From positions 1 to 22,369 of the forward strand of contig JBMFKU010000020.1 of assembly GCA_049971805.1 (NCBI GenBank): a stretch of 22,369 nucleotides of DNA, given 5' to 3'. Positions within the stretch are counted from its first letter, which is position 1. The number at the start of each line of letters is the position of its first letter. The notes below the pieces were generated by a model. It searched no databases and was not told the DNA's origin. It saw only the letters and a list, made by a program, of their open reading frames with translations. Shown piece after piece: positions 18,793 to 22,369 of this stretch. Made by a program: the position numbers and the translations under genes. The stretch comes from Caldisphaera sp. (GTDB lineage: Archaea; Thermoproteota; Thermoprotei_A; Sulfolobales; Acidilobaceae).

Positions 18793-19833
18793 CTAGATGG
18801 TCAGCCTTTCCTTGCTTTTTATCAATTCTCTTACCTTTTCAGCGTTTTCCTTAAAACTTGACAGCATTTCAAGCCTACTATCTCTTCTTTTCTCTGCATC
18901 TTCAATCAATTTCTTTTGCCAATCCTGGGTTATCTTAAATTCTGGTATTGGCTCACTCCTACCTGTTGGACCAATATGAACTAAAGTAAAATAGCTTGTT
19001 GTTGTGTGCCTTTCTTCTCCTGTTATTTCATCTCTCTTAATAACCTTAGCCAATACCTCCATACTGCTCTTTCCAACATAAGTTAAGGTGCTGTAAATTT
19101 CCAGCGTGTCCCCTATCATTACTGGTGAATAGAAATCAGTTGTATCTACAGATGCGGTTACAACAGCCCCTTTAGAATATCTCATACCAACTAATGCAGT
19201 AGCTTCATCAAGCAACCTCATAAGCCTACCTGCAAACAGTGTATTTAATGCCATCGCATCTTCTGGCATAACAACTCTATAATTTGTTATTGTATATGAA
19301 TTATCTAGACCCCTTGGTGGGGAAACATCTAATGCCTTTTGCTTTCTATCCATAATCCTTTTGTCTCTATTTTCCCTCCTTTTTAATGCATCATCATATA
19401 ATGACTTCTCTTCTTTAGTTTTTGGCTCTATGCACACATCTAAAAAAACAGGCCTTAGATCCTTTCCAACAGGAACATAAGTCATGTGAGCCAGAGTTGT
19501 TAACCTTCTTTCATTTATTATTGGATTCTCAGCTTCAACCAAAAGGCTTATATCAATGCTCGATTTCCCAATATAATCGACCCATGCTGTAATCATAGCA
19601 TTTTCCCCTATTAATATTGGGGAAATAAAAAATATGCTGTCCATACCTGCTAAAAGTGTTGGTCTTCTTGATACTCTAGTTGCTTCCATGTTTGAAACCT
19701 CTACCATCCAATCCTCTATAACACCACCAAAAAGCATACCCAAGGGATTTGTATGCAATGGCATTATTTGAAATAATGCTGTCATAATCGTTTGAAATGG
19801 AGACAACTTCTTTTCACAATTTTGTTGGCTCAC
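18793..19833 (-). CDS. Tandem hotdog-fold acyl-CoA thioesterase
   Basis: Two YciA-like repeats: 'MPLHTNPLGMLFGG...VDYIGKSS' and 'MPEDAMALNTLFAGRLMRLLDE...VVTASVD...TYVGKSSMEV'. Confidence 0.9.
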   Translation of the reverse strand: MSQQNCEKKLSPFQTIMTALFQIMPLHTNPLGMLFGGVIEDWMVEVSNMEATRVSRRPTLLAGMDSIFFISPILIGENAMITAWVDYIGKSSIDISLLVEAENPIINERRLTTLAHMTYVPVGKDLRPVFLDVCIEPKTKEEKSLYDDALKRRENRDKRIMDRKQKALDVSPPRGLDNSYTITNYRVVMPEDAMALNTLFAGRLMRLLDEATALVGMRYSKGAVVTASVDTTDFYSPVMIGDTLEIYSTLTYVGKSSMEVLAKVIKRDEITGEERHTTTSYFTLVHIGPTGRSEPIPEFKITQDWQKKLIEDAEKRRDSRLEMLSSFKENAEKVRELIKSKERLTI

Positions 19834-19969
19834 TTTCTATCCCCTAAAAATTGTTTATAAAAATGCTTATAACATTTTATATTTTAATTATATCAATATA
19901 TAAAAATTATATAAAATAAAAATTAAAAAAGCAGAAATTTATTTTTTATTTTGATTAGCTTTATAACTT

Positions 19970-20548
19970 TTGATAAACATTAAAGAAATAGGAATCAAAA
20001 CGACAAAAACTAATGGTATAAAAAATTTAGTTATATTAATTTTAATTGTATCCTTTGTTATATTTAGTTTACCTATTTATAAAACAAACAAGAAACTTGA
20101 AGCTATAGGTGGTGGAGGGGAGACAACATATAATTATAAATTAAACATTTCCATACCTTTATTTAGAGAAGACATACCAATAATATTAAATTACTCTAGC
20201 AATGAAATCAACGTAACTCTGGTTAACAATACTGTAATACCTGGAGGAAATGTATATACATACTTAAACATTAGTAATGAAGATCCTTCAGGGTCTTTTA
20301 ATGCGAATATAACCTTGATTTTTATTTCTAAAAACGACACATATACCATAGGACCATTTTATTTAAAAAACAACATGGTGTTTATATATAATGGACAAAA
20401 AGAAAATATTAAATTCGAAAACTATAAAATAATTTTAGAGGTTAATTATAAAAGTGGCGTGGGTTCTGTAAACCTAGATATATATTTCAGCCTAAATGCG
20501 ATAGAAAATATAAAAAATTACCCAAATAAGTACATTTACTTTTTATAA
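19970..20548 (+). CDS. Hypothetical exported or membrane-anchored beta-rich protein
   Basis: N-terminal hydrophobic segment, several N-x-S/T sequons, no recognised family. Start uncertain. Confidence 0.6.
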   Translation: MINIKEIGIKTTKTNGIKNLVILILIVSFVIFSLPIYKTNKKLEAIGGGGETTYNYKLNISIPLFREDIPIILNYSSNEINVTLVNNTVIPGGNVYTYLNISNEDPSGSFNANITLIFISKNDTYTIGPFYLKNNMVFIYNGQKENIKFENYKIILEVNYKSGVGSVNLDIYFSLNAIENIKNYPNKYIYFL

Positions 20549-20551
20549 TTT

Positions 20552-20983
20552 TTATGGGTTATCAACGCACTTTCCATCAATGAGTATCTTTTTAATATCA
20601 ACAACTATTCCATGCTTATATAATACTTCCTTTATCTCATTAATTACATTCCCATCAACATCTATTATGTTATCACTATTTTTACAATGTATGTTAATGT
20701 GAGGAAATGTTTGGTCTATCCTCATTTTACCCTCTATATCTAATGTATCGATAACCCCCAATGATTCAAGCATTTTTATTGTATTATAAACCGTTGACAT
20801 ACCTGCCCTTGGTAAGACTTTTTGCGTTTCATCATATATTTCTTTTAAAGACGCATGTTTTTTTACCGTATCTAATATAATTTTTGATATCAGAATTCTT
20901 TGAGGAGTCATCCTAAGCTCTTTTTCTTTTAGCTTTTCCAGCACCTTTTTTATCTTTTCATCCGAATCGCTAGCCTCTTGCAT
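20552..20983 (-). CDS. Fur/PerR-family transcriptional regulator
   Basis: 'LRMTPQR', 'H.S..EIY', 'STVYNTIKML', 'HINIHC', 'IDGKC'. Start at ATG 20983 behind GGGTGA (track start 20992). Confidence 0.87.
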   Translation of the reverse strand: MQEASDSDEKIKKVLEKLKEKELRMTPQRILISKIILDTVKKHASLKEIYDETQKVLPRAGMSTVYNTIKMLESLGVIDTLDIEGKMRIDQTFPHINIHCKNSDNIIDVDGNVINEIKEVLYKHGIVVDIKKILIDGKCVDNP

Positions 20984-21099
20984 CTTAATCACCCTTTTTT
21001 AATCCCTATTAAATTGATAGATGAAAGCTAATAACTATTTGCTAATACTAAAAATCATTAAGCAAAAAATGAATTTATTTTTATCTAATAAAAATTTGT

Positions 21100-22029
21100 T
21101 TATTTTTTATATTCTGGAGGCAAAGCATTTATTAGATCTCTTACAGCGTCTATGCTCTTCATAAACCCTTTGCGCTCTTCATCGTTAAGAGGCACTTCTA
21201 ATACCTTTTCTATGCCATTCTTACCTAATAATACAGGCACTTCAGCAACTACATCATTTAATCCATACTCTCCTTGTAATACTGTGCTAACAATAATAGC
21301 CTTCTTTTGATCTTTCTTTATGGCCTCTACCATTATTGATAGCCCTGCAGCAGGGGCCCAATTACTGCTATAGCCTCTTAATTTAATAACTTCTGCTCCA
21401 GCACCAACTGTTTTCTTAACTACTTCATCTATTTGCTCCTTTGTTAAGAATTGTGTTAGCGGAATTCCTCCTACCGTGGAAAGTCTAGGAACTGGAAACA
21501 TGTGTTCCCCGTGCATTCCTAATACCATTGGTTGTATCGAAGCTGGGCTTATGTTTAGTATCTGAGATGCATAATAAGAAAGTCTTGGTGCATCCAATAA
21601 TCCACTAAAGCCTATTACCCTGTTTCTTGGGAATCCTAATTTCTTATACAATACATATAGCATTGCATCTAATGGATTTGTTGTTATAAGAACCTTTGCA
21701 TCAGGTGCATATTTCTTTATATTATCAGCAACATCTGAAACTACCTTAGCGTTAACAGCTAATAGATCTTCTCTAGTTTGTCCAGCCTTTCTTGGGAAAC
21801 CTGCTGTGACAATAACTATATCTGATCCTTCCATGTCTTTATAGTCTAGAGTACCTTTAACCTTTCTGCTAATACCTAGAGCAGAAAGCATATGCCCTAT
21901 ATCTAGAGCCTCTCCTTGTGGTTTATCTGGTATTATATCCATTAGGACTACATCATCTATGTCTTTGAGCAACAAAAGCACGCCTGTTGTAACGCCGACC
22001 CTACCGGCTCCTCCAACTACTGTTATCAT
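21100..22029 (-). CDS. mdh: Malate dehydrogenase (LDH-like MDH)
   Basis: GGAGRVG Rossmann motif, 'AGFPRKAGQTREDL' with Arg at the MDH specificity position, TNPLD, LDxxR, catalytic HG. Confidence 0.92.
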   Translation of the reverse strand: MITVVGGAGRVGVTTGVLLLLKDIDDVVLMDIIPDKPQGEALDIGHMLSALGISRKVKGTLDYKDMEGSDIVIVTAGFPRKAGQTREDLLAVNAKVVSDVADNIKKYAPDAKVLITTNPLDAMLYVLYKKLGFPRNRVIGFSGLLDAPRLSYYASQILNISPASIQPMVLGMHGEHMFPVPRLSTVGGIPLTQFLTKEQIDEVVKKTVGAGAEVIKLRGYSSNWAPAAGLSIMVEAIKKDQKKAIIVSTVLQGEYGLNDVVAEVPVLLGKNGIEKVLEVPLNDEERKGFMKSIDAVRDLINALPPEYKK

Positions 22030-22280
22030 CTCAGTTCACCCATACATTATTTTTAGTATAGAAGGGTGTAGATAATTTTATATTAATGCCTCGTATTGAA
22101 TATTAATTAAATTAAATTTAAAGAGCCTCTAAATCTTTTTAGAGAAATTAAAAGAAATTATAGTTCTTAGATGCATTACAAGGCAAGGAAGAAACAAAAG
22201 AGATTGTAAAAGGCCTGCCGCTGACAACAGTTTCCAATAAACCATGAAGCTTATATATCTTGAATACAATATTTATCACG

Positions 22281-22369
22281 ATGCTAAGTGACGCTAAGAC
22301 CTAAGGAAGTTTGCCAACGCTTAGGTACATCTTATCGCACATTGAAAGAGTATGTAAAGAAAGGTTATA
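22281..22369 (+). mobile_element. tnpA: 5' end of IS607-family serine transposase tnpA (partial, runs off window)
   Basis: From GTG 22288: VTLRPKEVCQRLGTSYRTLKEYVKKGY, matching the recalled MerR-like HTH N-terminus of Sulfolobales IS607 TnpA (MLRPKEVCQRLGISY...YVKKGYI). TTATATA box at 22251-22257. Confidence 0.85.

Noticed and set aside
1640-18979. Short shadow ORFs in the track (1640, 4574, 4987, 6498, 10637, 12602, 14158, 14744, 15258, 16307, 18052, 18326, 18420, 18797)
   Set aside because: Antisense to well-supported genes, with no motifs or translation signals of their own.
19970-20080. Class III (pilin/archaellin) signal peptide
   Set aside because: No K/R-G/A cleavage motif directly before the hydrophobic segment and no +5 Glu.
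22130-22247. Short open frame 'LDALQGKEETKEIVKG...' as a gene interrupted by the IS607
   Set aside because: No start codon or recognisable motif; too short to support.

Overview
AT-rich (roughly 30% GC by eye) archaeal chromosome segment. The thermosome alpha, split MetE, AK6/Fap7, Lhr helicase and GGTGA ribosome-binding sites point to a thermophilic crenarchaeon (Desulfurococcales/Acidilobales-like; inferred). Most of the window is housekeeping: Lhr helicase, thsA, DHH phosphoesterase, MFS transporter, SAM methyltransferase, AK6, AIR-synthase-like protein, two-gene split MetE, thiolase, tandem acyl-CoA thioesterase, Fur-like regulator and malate dehydrogenase. Accessory elements are a coiled-coil PD-(D/E)XK gene with a perfect 21-bp tandem repeat, a two-gene cell-surface operon with an upstream direct repeat, and a membrane-anchored HerA/VirB4 (CedB-like) ATPase. 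Four elements are absent from the ORF track: the 5' end of an IS607-family tnpA at the right edge, a degenerate IS607/IS605-type right end (possible TnpB omegaRNA remnant) near 1240-1345, a 35-aa small ORF, and a frameshifted DUF1286/YdjM-like pseudogene. No CRISPR array, rRNA or tRNA was seen. All family calls come from motif recognition, not database searches, and no clearly novel system is proven.
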